Of a stretch of DNA of 64,000 bases, positions 24,920-36,558 are shown piece by piece. Within the stretch, counting starts at the first letter, position 1, and every line of letters starts with the position of its first letter. The stretch is from Macrostomum lignano. Its lineage: Eukaryota. The notes beneath the pieces are model-generated. The model was not told the DNA's origin. It was given only the letters and a program-made list of their open reading frames with translations, and ran no database searches. Both the position numbers and the translations under genes were made by a program. The stretch is taken from the NCBI GenBank assembly GCA_002269645.1, contig NIVC01001025.1:62001-126000 (forward strand), given 5' to 3'.

Positions 24920-25487
24920 GTGGATAACAGGGCTTGAAAGTGGATAACAGCCTGAAGGGGGATGACAGCCTGAAGGGGATAACACTCAGTCTTAAGGGGA
25001 TAACAGCCTGAGGGGATAACAGCCTGAAGGGGATAACAGCCTGAAGGGATAACAGCCTGAAGGGGATAACAGCTTAAAGGGGGTAACAGGGCTTGAAAGT
25101 TGATAACAGCCTGAAAGGGATAACACTCAGTCTGAAGGGGATAACAGCCCGAAGGGGATAACAGCCTGAAGGGGATAACAGCCTGAAGGGGATAACAGCC
25201 TGAGGGGGATGACAGCCTGAAGGGATAACAGCCTGAGGGGGATAACAGCCTGAAGGGATAATAGCCTGAAGGGGATAACAGCCTGAAGGGGATAACAGCC
25301 TGAGGGGGATGACAGCCTGAAGGGATAACAGCCTGAGGGGGATAACAGCCCGAAGGGGATAACAGCCTGAAGGGGATAACAGCCTGAAGGGGATAACAGC
25401 CTGAGGGGGATGACAGCCTGAAGGGATAACAGCCTGAAGGGATAACAGCCTGAGGGGGATAACAGCCTGAAGGGATAATAGCCTGAA
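24920..25487. repeat. 16/17-bp minisatellite (GGATAACAGCCTGAAGG) filling Smad intron 2
   Basis: Units at 25021, 25038, 25054, 25071 and onward. Confidence 0.95.
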
Positions 25488-25558
25488 TTTTGTGAATGAC
25501 CCAATCTGTGATTCATGCAACCGGCTACAGCAGGTTATCGCATAAAAAAGAGCCTTAC

Positions 25559-25657
25559 CGCTACTGCAGCCAGACGAGGACACTTCATTGTCTGACAGGG
25601 CAATCAGAGGCTGCTTCAGCTCCAGCTCACTCAGTCTGTCAATCAGGCTGTGCAGAT
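25559..25657 (-). CDS. SMAD6/7: Inhibitory Smad exon 2 (99 nt, phase 1-1)
   Basis: AATTTACAG|AT CTG ... AGC G|GTAAGG; DLHSLIDRLSELELKQPLIALSDNEVSSSGCSS; joins exons 1 and 3 in frame. Confidence 0.75.
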
Positions 25658-28009
25658 CTGTAAATTAGAGAAAACAGTAGTAATAGTAAGTAACAGTAAA
25701 ATGAAATAAAACAAAACATATTGCTATAACAGTTTCCGACCTGCCCGGCCTATTTGACCATTTAACACGGCTGTAAGGCGCAGATAAAAGCAGAGGATGG
25801 ACCCACCGGGAAGCAGCTAGTTCTGTTTATTTATACCACTGTGCACAACGCTGCCTTAGTTTATATGGACAGGTAAGGCTATAAATGGGAATAGCCAAGC
25901 CAAGGCACTGAAACTACCGTACATATTAGAATATTACAAATATTTTAGCTTCGGTCAAACAAACAGAAAGACCCATGGGCCATATAGTTATATAAGCGTT
26001 GCCAATATCAAAGCAAACAGAGCTGGGACTTTCATCTCAGAATTGAAAATGCTCGAATTGATTGATTGATCGATTGATTGAATTAAAGCCAATAAACGCT
26101 TCTGGCTATATTGGCTAAGCGACCGGAACCTCAAAAGGTCCATATTCAATCATTCGATCAAGAGTTTTCGATCAACAAAGCCAAAGAAGAGAGGCGGAGT
26201 CTGGACAGGGCAAACAGACGCTGTCATAATCGAGCATGCATGTAAAGCGACATGAACGACATGAAGGATTATTGATAAACAAAAACACGCACACACACAC
26301 CTGGGGCCTTGGACCCATAGTGCGATCATTCTCTCTATAACATTGCATAGGGAAGGGCGGCAGTGGATGATGGGCCAGAGAGAGGCTGGATGATGATGAA
26401 TTAGAGAAATTGAGTGCCGCGGGATGATGGAGAAGGCGCCAGGCAGGAGGAGGAGGGGGTTAATTTAAGCAGCCGCTTCTAGAGTTAATGACGATGAGAA
26501 CGGAAAGAAGGCAATGATGATAGCTGCCGCACAATTGAATTTGGATAGCTGCATAAATGCTGGTACCTCGTAGCCGCTTTAAAACTAATCGAAATGAAAT
26601 ACGCAAGCATTGAATAATTGCTTGACAAAAAAGGCAGGCAGGCAGGCAGGCAGAGATCAAAAGGAAGGCGACGGCTCCTGCGCCGGCGCCAGCGAAAATC
26701 AAAGCAATCAACGAACGAACGAGAAAAACACGGGAGTCGCTACAAAATGTGGAGATAGCAATGAATCGAAATAGCCAGACAGATGCGGACTAACGGCGCC
26801 TGATCAGATCATAGATAGCAGAGACTGAACAGTCAGTCAGTTGAGACAGCTTAATGCTTGAAGAGTTACTTGAACTGAGACAGACACAGACAGTTATATA
26901 TAGGCACCAGCGGGGCAAGTGAATGCGAATAAATGCAAATTTGAGCCGGCTAAACAGCCAAGCTTAGAGCAGCCCGCAGTCGCCGCCCGCCGGTTAGCCC
27001 GACTGACGCCCTGATGCGATGGCGCCGAGATAACCCCCCCCGGTCGGAGCCGCCACCGCCGCCCCGTCTTCTCTTATATACTGTATTCTCTATATAGACT
27101 GCCTGTGTGGCGTCTTGCCTGGCAACACATAAACAGTTAAAGGGAGAACAGCTGCAGCAGTCACAGAAACAATAAATCTAATAGAATTAGGGATTTAGAG
27201 AGTAAGAATACTGAGCTAGGTAGTCTAGACCGCCTGCTTCTCTTTTCTAGGGGACTTTTTATTGCTGCTTTTTTCTACTTCTCAACTATCCTTAGCCCTA
27301 CAAACAGACAGCAGAATTACAATCCGAAAGCGAAATTCAAAATAGGCATCAGAATTCGGATATGTGAAAGATTGTGCAGATAGATAGGCATTGCATTTAG
27401 GGGAACAGTTAGCGGTAAGGAAGAACGAGAGCTATATGATAGAAAGGACAAAATATACACACATATATAGGGAGAAAGATATAGTCTAAATTTCAGGGGG
27501 AAGTCTGTCATCCCATGGCTTTTACTGAAAGCGCGCCCAGTAGAACTATGGCATGGGTATTAATAACATTGCGTGCAAAGGTTTACAAGCCAGCCGAAAA
27601 ATATACACGTAACTACACGATAGCGGCATATTGACAGGCCTAGGCTTGCTATCTATTCTGTCCTACCCCAGCCACCCGGCTACATAGCCACTTAATCTGG
27701 TGGACTACTAGAAGAGATTAGCTTATAAAATATAGAAGATATTTCTTGCATTCAAATATCAGAAAATGCAATCAAGCCAATCGGTTATTTGATTAGGTCT
27801 ATAGCTTAATTTAATAACGCAATGCTTCCACATTTATGTCATTGAGTTTGTCTATATTTGAGACAGATTTTAGACCGTGTGCCCACAATTTCAGACAACT
27901 AGGTATGACTGATATTAATTACGAGTATTGTGACATTGAACTATCGAAGACCTGTTAATACCGATTTTATCGCCGGTTAACATTATTTTAGGAGCCGCTA
28001 AGCATCAAG

Positions 28010-28392
28010 GATGAGATAAACATGATTTAGGGTCCGATAAACATGATTTAGGATCCGATAAACATTATTTAGGGTCCGATATAAACATCCTTTAGAAGCC
28101 ATTAAGCATCATTTAGGAGCAGATAAACCTGATTTAGGGTCCGATAAACATCCTTCAGAAGTCGTTAAGCATCATTTAGGAGCAGATAAACCTGATTTAT
28201 GGTCCGATAAACATCCTTCAGAAGTCGTTAAGCATCATTTAGGAGCGGATAAACATGATTTAGGGTCCGATAAACATCCTTCAGAAGTCGTTAAGCATCA
28301 TTTAGGAGCGGATAAACATGATTTAGGAGCCGATAAACATGATTTAGGAGCCGATAAACATGAGTTAGGAGCCGAAAAACATGATTTAGAAG
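28010..28392. repeat. 21-bp-based minisatellite (GATAAACATGATTTAGGAGCC) with longer composite units
   Basis: Direct inspection. Confidence 0.85.
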
Positions 28393-29146
28393 CCGTGAAC
28401 ACCAATTGACGCGTATGCTATTGTTCAAGCGCCATCCTTACATTTCAGGCCAATAAATTCTTCGCCCAAAGCAAACGCATTGCGTCCCTCACATATTTTT
28501 GTTTGTTTGTCAAAAAGGTGACGGAGGAATAGAGAGAGGGGGACTATGAAAATATCTGTATATAAATGTATAACCTCGGAAGAAATTTTATAGGTGTACA
28601 TCTATTAGGATTGCAGAATTTCAAGCATTTAGAAATGGAATGGCCTCCAGCTGTTAACACACGGTGACTTGTATGAGTATGCAGCACTGCTGAGTGTTGG
28701 TGGCAGGGCTGTGACCGGGGAAGCGCAGACCAGGAAGGGGAGCAGCTCTGGGGGGTCTGGGGGCGCGGGGCTTAGAGGCCAAAGCTCTATATAAGATTAG
28801 CCCCGCTACTCCGCGCGTGCCAACAGCTGCGCTTTGCTGCGTTCAAACAGAAAAAAAGAAAAAAGAAAACGGGAATTAATAGAATGGGGTAAATGCCAAT
28901 AGGAAAAGTGAAAGAGGCGCGAAAAACACTCCCTTTGCCTCTAATTCCCCCCCCCTCCCAGGCAATGGAACAGGCACAGAGATCCGCAATGAAATAAATG
29001 GAATGCGCTCAGAGGCGCGTGTGAGAGGACGAGAGGGATTATCACACCTTCGGAGGGAAGGAATGCTAGGTCTGTTATTACTATTAGTATTGCTCAACAT
29101 AACCACATAAGAGTACGCTCGTAAGCAGTGTGTGGGCTTGCTAAGC

Positions 29147-29318
29147 ACAAACTATCAGAAGCGCGCAAGCCGTTAGAAGCGCGCACTGTCAGAAGCGCAA
29201 ACTATCAGAAGCGCGCAAGCCGTTAGAAGCGCGCACTGTCAGAAGCGCAAACTATCAGAAGCGCGCAAGCCGTTAGAAGCGCGCACTGTCAGGAGCGCAA
29301 ACTATCAGAAGCGCGCAA
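29147..29318. repeat. 50-bp tandem repeat, about 3.4 copies, built from AGAAGCGC subunits
   Basis: Units at 29151, 29201 and 29251. Confidence 0.9.
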
Positions 29319-30075
29319 ATTGTCTTGCGACAAAGCAATCGTGTGCAAAGTGCGTTCGAATGCTAATAAAACCCAGTCAAGCCTGCTCTAAAACAAATGA
29401 TGACTATAGAAACACGCCAGTTACGATGAGCAGTAATAAAACAATCTAAGAAACAAAAGTAAAAAGCTAATCCATTCCAATGTGTCGTGTAGACGAACGG
29501 CACGCCAGTAGAGAGGAGAGAGAGAAAGCGAAAGCCTCACTACACTATTAATATTGATGCCGCCATTGCGCCGCTAATTGCAATTCACACCCTCAAGACT
29601 AACCTGCCCTCTCATCAGGTATTGTTATTATTTATTCATCAGATGGTCCCTCCGTCTGGGATTTGACGTCGTAGCTCTACTAACTAATAAGCGACAGCCG
29701 GGCCGCCTGTCACACTTGAGCTCACAATTCAAGGCGCCAAATATTGCCTCAGCGGAGATGGCGGAGGTGTCTGGAACACGCGAGACTGCAGAGCTTGTGA
29801 CAAAGCATCCGGGGCACTGCAGGGAAAGACAATGAATGGGATTAATACCATGGGGAACAGCTTGGAGCCTCTACACAAAGAGTCCAGCAGACCGAAGCCA
29901 ACAAAGTGGAAACTGGAGAAAGGCTGATGTGCCCCGGGACACACGCCTCCTCTTGAGCTCAGTCGGATACCGCACTCCAACTGTCTCTTTCACTCACTCC
30001 AACCCATCTATCTCATTGCTGTCTATGATGAAGTAGAAAAAAAGCAAACACCAAAAGACCCTTATTGAATGAAGC

Positions 30076-30076
30076 G

Positions 30077-30167
<91 letters not shown>

Positions 30168-30223
30168 GAGACAGACAGACAGACAGACGGACAGACAGAC
30201 GGAGAGACAGACAGACAGACAGA
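30076..30223. repeat. (GACA)n microsatellite
   Basis: Direct inspection. Confidence 0.97.
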
Positions 30224-31105
30224 GACCCAATTTAAAGCATTAGCATGTCTAAACATATTTTCAGCATTACAGACTTAATAGGATTGCTCATGCTCATGCC
30301 CAGGCGGCAACCAGATTAAAAGACGACATTTACAATATCTTGCTTCAAGCCTCTTTAACTTCTTCAACATGCATCTACCTACACAGTGAATATTGCTTCC
30401 GCACCGAAATAATCCAACCCCTACCTATTCACTACACCGCCACCAGACCTCGGGGCAGTTTTTCTTATCCGCAAAGCACACAATAATCTAACTACTGCAC
30501 TACACACGTGCTGCGACCCGTTCTGAACCAGGGCCCCCCTCCCGCCACCGACAGACTGGCGGCAGTATAAATGGGCTAGGGAGCTTGGGAAGAGACACGA
30601 AGGGTCACGATGGAAGGGCCGGCCTAGACTGTTAGAGGGATAGAGTAAAGAGAGGGGGGGTAAGTTGAAAAGAGAGCAAGGGCAGGTACGGAGGCAGGAT
30701 TAACTATCTGGGGGGGGGGGGGATAAAGGGAGGAAAGAGGCAGCTCACTAGCCTGACAGCCCCCTCTATCGGGGTCACTTAGTCAAGGGGGACTATTAAC
30801 TGAGCTAATGGGGGCGTCTAACCAGTGAGGGGGGAAGCGGAGGGAGAGGGTCACAGAGACTCATTCTTCGGTCCAGTGTGTGTGAGTGTGTAAATCAAGT
30901 GCGCCGAGGGTTTGGGAGAGCTGTGGAGGAGGGGCCTCAGCGGCAGACAGAGAGGCCTTAGTGGCAGCAGAGTTAAGCTAAGCCCAGTCTAGTAAGTAAA
31001 AATGCCCGCACGCGCAGGCCCGTGGCGACTCTTCCCCCCCCCCACCCTCTACGGTCCGAGGCCGGCTGGCCCCCGACAGCCAGCCGCCAGCGCCGCCGCT
31101 GCCGC

Positions 31106-31137
<32 letters not shown>

Positions 31138-34100
31138 GCTGCAGCAGCACCCACTCTCTTCCCCCTCACGCCAAGGTGCCTGTCTGTCGGGGTTCTTTCT
31201 CTGTCTCTCTCTCTCTCTATTTCTTTCTCTATCTGAGAGGCCCCCCCCCTACCCAACTAAACAGAAGGAGAGACCAGACAGAACGGTGGGACAGGCCAGA
31301 GGCTTTATTAGACACACGGAGACACGAATTGCGACTTTTCTTTCTGCTGTCTCCCCCTCCCCTTCCCCCTCCCCCCACCGACCGCTCTGGCCTGACAAGA
31401 GGCAAAACTAGGGGACACACACAAGAGACTGCAATGGTCAGCAGCAGCCGCAGACAGATTCAAGCAAGAAAATTGAAAGAATAAAATAAATTTCATGCAG
31501 ACAGAATAGAGAGAAGACTAACTAACAAGAATGAGGTTGCTGGCTGAGTGAGTGGGGCCACCCTGACAGGCCCCGCCGCCGGACCTGTCGAGAGCGAACG
31601 GTGCCGCATAAAAAAGAAGCCATTTTAAGCGGCCGTCAGCTCCCCCCCCACTCCCCAACCCCCCATAACTAAGCCGCCACTTAATTTTCCAACCGCAAAT
31701 GACAGCAATGGCAGTTAGATCTGTACCAGTTATTATCGGCTTTTCAAGAGCCCTCAAGCCCCGCCCAGCAGCCAAACTGTCGCCAGTCGTAAGGCCATTC
31801 TGGTGACAACCGAGCTGCAAAATTCGAACTGTTGTCCTCCTAGGCTCCAGTTTGGCTAAATCTGTGTGCCCGCTATTTGTATTCCCGATAGGCCTCCCAT
31901 AAACTAAAGGGATCTGTCTTACTACACCTCCAGCTATTCGCTTTCATAATTTCGATAGCTGATGCCGGCATCATTCAAGCATTCCGACATCGATCCCACC
32001 GCCGCCCGGCCCGACCGCCAGCCAAGCCAGTCGGCGCCAGTTATTTTTGTTTCAAGCCGACTTTCACTTGGCTATGTGGGCAACAAAAAAGCAGGAAAAT
32101 GGAGGGAGGCTGAGGTTGGCAGAGTCATTAGGCAAAGAAGGCGGCGCGCCCAACCCCCCCCCCCAGCAAAAAATCGCAAAAAAGCAAACCTGTCATGTTT
32201 CATTAGACTGCTTCTCTACCAGACAGTGACACCCGCAATTTTGTTCGCCTACCTCCCCGACCGCTCGGATTCCCGACGATTCGCTCTGCTCCATTCCTCC
32301 CTTTCCGACGCACAACCATCATCATACGCTTTGAAAAAGAATTTAGAAAGCGCTCTATCCGCCTCTGCCGCCGCCAAACATTATTTCTGATTTTAGCTGT
32401 GTATTTAGTTAGCAAACAGTCAACAGGGAAATGAGCAATCGGACCGAGACCAAGCGCCAATATATGTTTTTTTTGTTCAAAAGCAAGGGAATCGAGCGCA
32501 AAACAAGAGGATGTAGGAAAATTTGAAACGAGCGCGGCGGCGGCTTTTCTCAGAGGATCAAGGGAGAGGGGGAACACGAAACAAGGAAGGATGGAAAAGT
32601 GGCAGACTGATCAGGCCGAGATGAAGAGACGCGACGGAGAGGCTGTGGGGGGGATTAGAAGAGGTCGGCGACTCTTTGTCGCGACAGTTGAACAACAACC
32701 AAACTCCTCTCTCTCTCTCCGCGGCTCTAGAGAGCGAAGCGACGGCGCGAGTTAATGGCGACGGCAATTTTTCCTCTTTTTCGGAGACTAAGTGAAAGTG
32801 GAGGAGGCAGACAGGCAGACAGACACAGACAGACAGGCCAGACAGAGAGTTGGCGAGCAACAAGCTATGGGAGAATTTTTTCAGCCGCAATCCACCGACC
32901 ACCCAGCCCGAACCCTTGGTCCCATCCCAGGGCCTATAAGCCTTAAGTGCTTTAACCAAGCCAATTAGTTGGCCTAACAAAACGAACAGAACCTTGGCCT
33001 CTCGCTTCCCAACCTGCAATAGGCAAGGAGGTCAAGGAAGCCCCGCGACTCGACATTTTTTCCACTCATTTGCCCTTCCTTGGCCGGATCTTCCCGTCTG
33101 GCCCCGTCATTAAGGGGGCGCCAGCGATTGCTAAACTAACTAAAAACCCAGCCTCTGTGCCAGTCCTCTCCCCTAACCTCTCTCTCATACACACTCGCGC
33201 TTCTAGGCATCTTCGGTAAGGCCTGTCTTCCTATCTATTCGAACCCATCGGCTGCCTGTTGGCCACTTTTCGGTTGCGCTTCGGTGAAGCCGCGGCTGCG
33301 GTGCTGCCCGCCAGAAAGAAAACTTTGCTGTTTTTCTGCTCTTGTTCTTAGTTCCATTACTCTTTCACTTGTACACCTGCTGCTCAAGTTTGCTCTGAGG
33401 CTTTTAGAAAGGAACATTAGCTTGCATTGGTGTCTTTCTTTCTTCTTCTTTTCTTCACTTTTAACCTTTGCTTGCAGCTTGAATCTCTCTTTCTAGTTTT
33501 GTTTGCTGCTCTTTTCTTCTTTTGCTAGTTAATAATGTGCATACAAACGATTAGTCTCAATGGAAATGTCCTTATTGTAGAACTAACATACGTGTTTGTT
33601 AAAAGAAACTGAATTTATGCACAAATCAGAGCTTGAAATAAGATCAATTCAATTCATTAAGTCTATCTATAAGCCCTATTGAAGTTATTATTTGCTTAAT
33701 ACTCACTTTTCTGATAACTCTAAAAAAGCCTTAGCCTACATTAAAATTACAATTAGATAATAATAAGACGACAGATTATAAATGCGGCACATTAAAAAGA
33801 GAATTGAGAGAGGCGCCAGCTCGCGAGTTGTTGGCGCCTAAAAGGGGGAGGGAGGGAGGTGGTGCGGCGGCGGCGGACTGCGGTGAAAGCAGCAAAAGGC
33901 CGCAGGCAGGCAGACAAGGCAGATAAGCAGCAAGCCTGTGTGACAGACAGCGCAGAGTTGCTAGTTGTGTATGAGACTCAACATTGCATTGAAATCTCTT
34001 TCTCTCCCCCTCAATGCGCGCACGCTATCAGGAATATTTTCCTTAGGCAAAGAAACGGCCCAAGCTGTGTTGAGGATTATGACATCCAATAGTTCAATAT

Positions 34101-34369
34101 GCAGTCAGAGGGCAGCTGCTTCATAGTATTTGAGATTGGAGAGGCCAATCAATAGATTTCTATAAGGCAGTCTAGACAGGCTTTAAAAATAAAACCTGGC
34201 GCCTAACACCGGAGACAAAGGCGGCTATGAAAATAAAAAAACACATTGCTCATCTAGTATTGAGAAGGCCGTATACGAACCGTATCTGCATAAAGCAGGA
34301 GTCGGGAGACTGCGACCCTGAAGCCTCTCTATCCGGCCCTCGGGTCCTTTGAAACCGCTCGCTCATGGT

Positions 34370-34720
34370 TTGTCTCTTCTCTCCTCTCCTCTTCTATATT
34401 TTCTCTCCTCTCTCATCTTCCTCCTCGTCTCTCTCATCTCATCTCATCTCATCTCTTATCTTCTCTCGCCTCTCATCTCTCATCTCTTCTCTTTTCTCTC
34501 CTCTCCACTTCTCTCTTTTCTCTCCTCTCCGGTCTCCTCTCCTCTTTCTTATCTCCTGTCCTCTTTTCTCATCTGTTGTCTTCTCTCGCCTCTCACCTCT
34601 CGTCTCTTCTCATATTTCTCTCCTCTCCTCTTTCCTCTCCTATCTTTTCTCTCCTCTCCGGTCTCCTCTTATCTCTCTTATCTCCTCTCTCCTCTTCTCT
34701 CTGATCTATTCTCCATTTAT
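34370..34720. repeat. Low-complexity TC-rich tract
   Basis: Direct inspection. Confidence 0.85.
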
Positions 34721-35409
34721 TTCTCACCTGGCCCGCAGCAACTATGTTCCCGGTTTTTAACAACAACGGCGGTCGGTAAAACTCCCCCCGTCTGAAAGCT
34801 CTTGACTGGTTTTACGACATCCTACCAGTTGCGTCTTGATTGCTTTGAATTAAAGAATCGGAGGTAACACGGATACACATAGAAGCCTAATGCCTAATTA
34901 TAAGCGCGATTTTTTTCACTTAATCCTAACCTGATTAACCAGAGGCGCTTGTGGATTTAATTAACCGTAGCATCATAATCAGGCTCCAGACCGGCTCCTA
35001 GACAGGCGATAAGGACTAAAAAAGAAAACCCCAAGACCTAGCGCCACATGCAAGGCCTTGGCCTCCTCAATCAGGCTGGCTGAGGATCGGTCAACGAGAT
35101 AGCAGGGGAATTCGAGGGAGAATTACGGGCAACGGCAAGATCTGGTCAGCTATTTACAATCCAGTCTCGCCAGTACAGAATATCGTGTACCCCAATCCCA
35201 TATAAATGTAGTAATTCATTTCTTGTGCCACTGTCTACTCATTCATATGCCAAATTATTCTTACATTACCTACGGATTATACATTATTATATACAGCCTG
35301 TGCCTAATAAGACAGTGAGAAATAGGGAAAAAATTGGCTTTTCTAAACTACTAGGCACTATGGAACAATGTTTTTTGTTAGATAAAGCCTCATTGATGGT
35401 AATAGTTTA

Positions 35410-35658
35410 GCGCCACAGGTGAGATTTTAAACGGGACTTGAGCGCCACAGGTAAGACATAAGCACCACAGGTGAGACTTTAGTGCCACAGGTGAGACTTA
35501 ATTACCACAGGTGAGACTTTAGTACCACAGGTGAGACTTAAGTGCCACAGGTGAGACTTAAGTGCCACAGGTGAGACTTAAGCGCCACAGGTGAGACTTA
35601 AGCGCCACAGGTAAGACTTAAGCTCCACAGGTGAGACTTAAGCGCCACAGGTGAGACT
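35410..35658. repeat. 20-bp minisatellite (GCCACAGGTGAGACTTAAGT), about 12 copies, near the 5' end of Smad intron 1
   Basis: 20-bp period from 35464. Confidence 0.93.
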
Positions 35659-35703
35659 TCAGACGAGAAGCACAGATAATATAATACACCAAGCCGAACT
35701 CAC

Positions 35704-36226
35704 CGGGTGCAACAGTGAGAGTTCGATAGAAATGAAACGGATTAATGCACTGGCCGGACACTTTACTGCAGCAGGCCTCAGTCATTGGCGTCAGCGTCTC
35801 GGTTGCGGTCAGGTCCGGATAGCGCCAGGCACGAAGGCAGAGCTGGCGAGCGTTGACCCGGTGCCGGCCGAGTTGCAGATTGGTGCCGCCGGCGTCGCTG
35901 CTCGGTTCCAGCCGGACACAGTCGGACTGCCCGCCGGTGCCAATCTCGATGGCTTGAGAAAGTTTAGCCAACCGATCGCTGCGCTGCAGATGCTTCATCA
36001 GGGCGTGCAGCTGGCCGTGCAAATCTCTGCCGCCGCTGATGCCGCCGCCTTCGTCCTCAGAGTCATCCGCATCTACCGACGGCGGCTGCGGCAGAATGCG
36101 GGCAAGCAATTTTCTTGTTGAAATTTTGCCGCTGCCGCCAACAGATGGAGACAACAGCAGCTTCTTGCTAGACGATGACGGCGATGACGATTTCTTTTTT
36201 GGCGATCCGGCGAGACAGGAGAACAT
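35704..36226 (-). CDS. SMAD6/7: Inhibitory Smad exon 1: N-terminus plus MH1 domain
   Basis: ATG at 36226 (MF start as in I-Smads; in-frame stop upstream); LSQAIE..GG..DCV, LCLRAWRYPDL, CINPFHFYR; ends CCC G|GTGAGT, phase 1. Joined CDS is 538 aa. Confidence 0.88.
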
Positions 36227-36476
36227 AGGCAAAGGCAAGTGGTGCTGATAATGCGGTCTGCTGCTGGTGCTGCTGTCTGCCAGCTCTGACAGCGTTCACT
36301 GACTAGCGATGACTGCGGAATTATATAATCAACTGTAATATATTCAATGCTCTGTGCTGACTATTTATATTTATATATATCAGGCCCGCCCAGCCACTCG
36401 CCGCTTCCTTTGTCTTTATCCAAACTGGCTGGGCGGTGGGGGTGTGTTAGTGTTTCTCTTTTCTTTGCTCTGTGGC

Positions 36477-36477
<1 letters not shown>

Positions 36478-36555
<78 letters not shown>
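36478..36555. repeat. (CT)n microsatellite upstream of the Smad start codon
   Basis: Direct inspection. Confidence 0.97.

Positions 36556-36558
<3 letters not shown>

Noticed and set aside
29729-29980. Possible missing Smad linker exon (QTPPPSPLRQY)
   Set aside because: The available acceptors give phase 0 or 2, not the required phase 1. The phase-1 reading hits a stop, and the motif is not PPxY.
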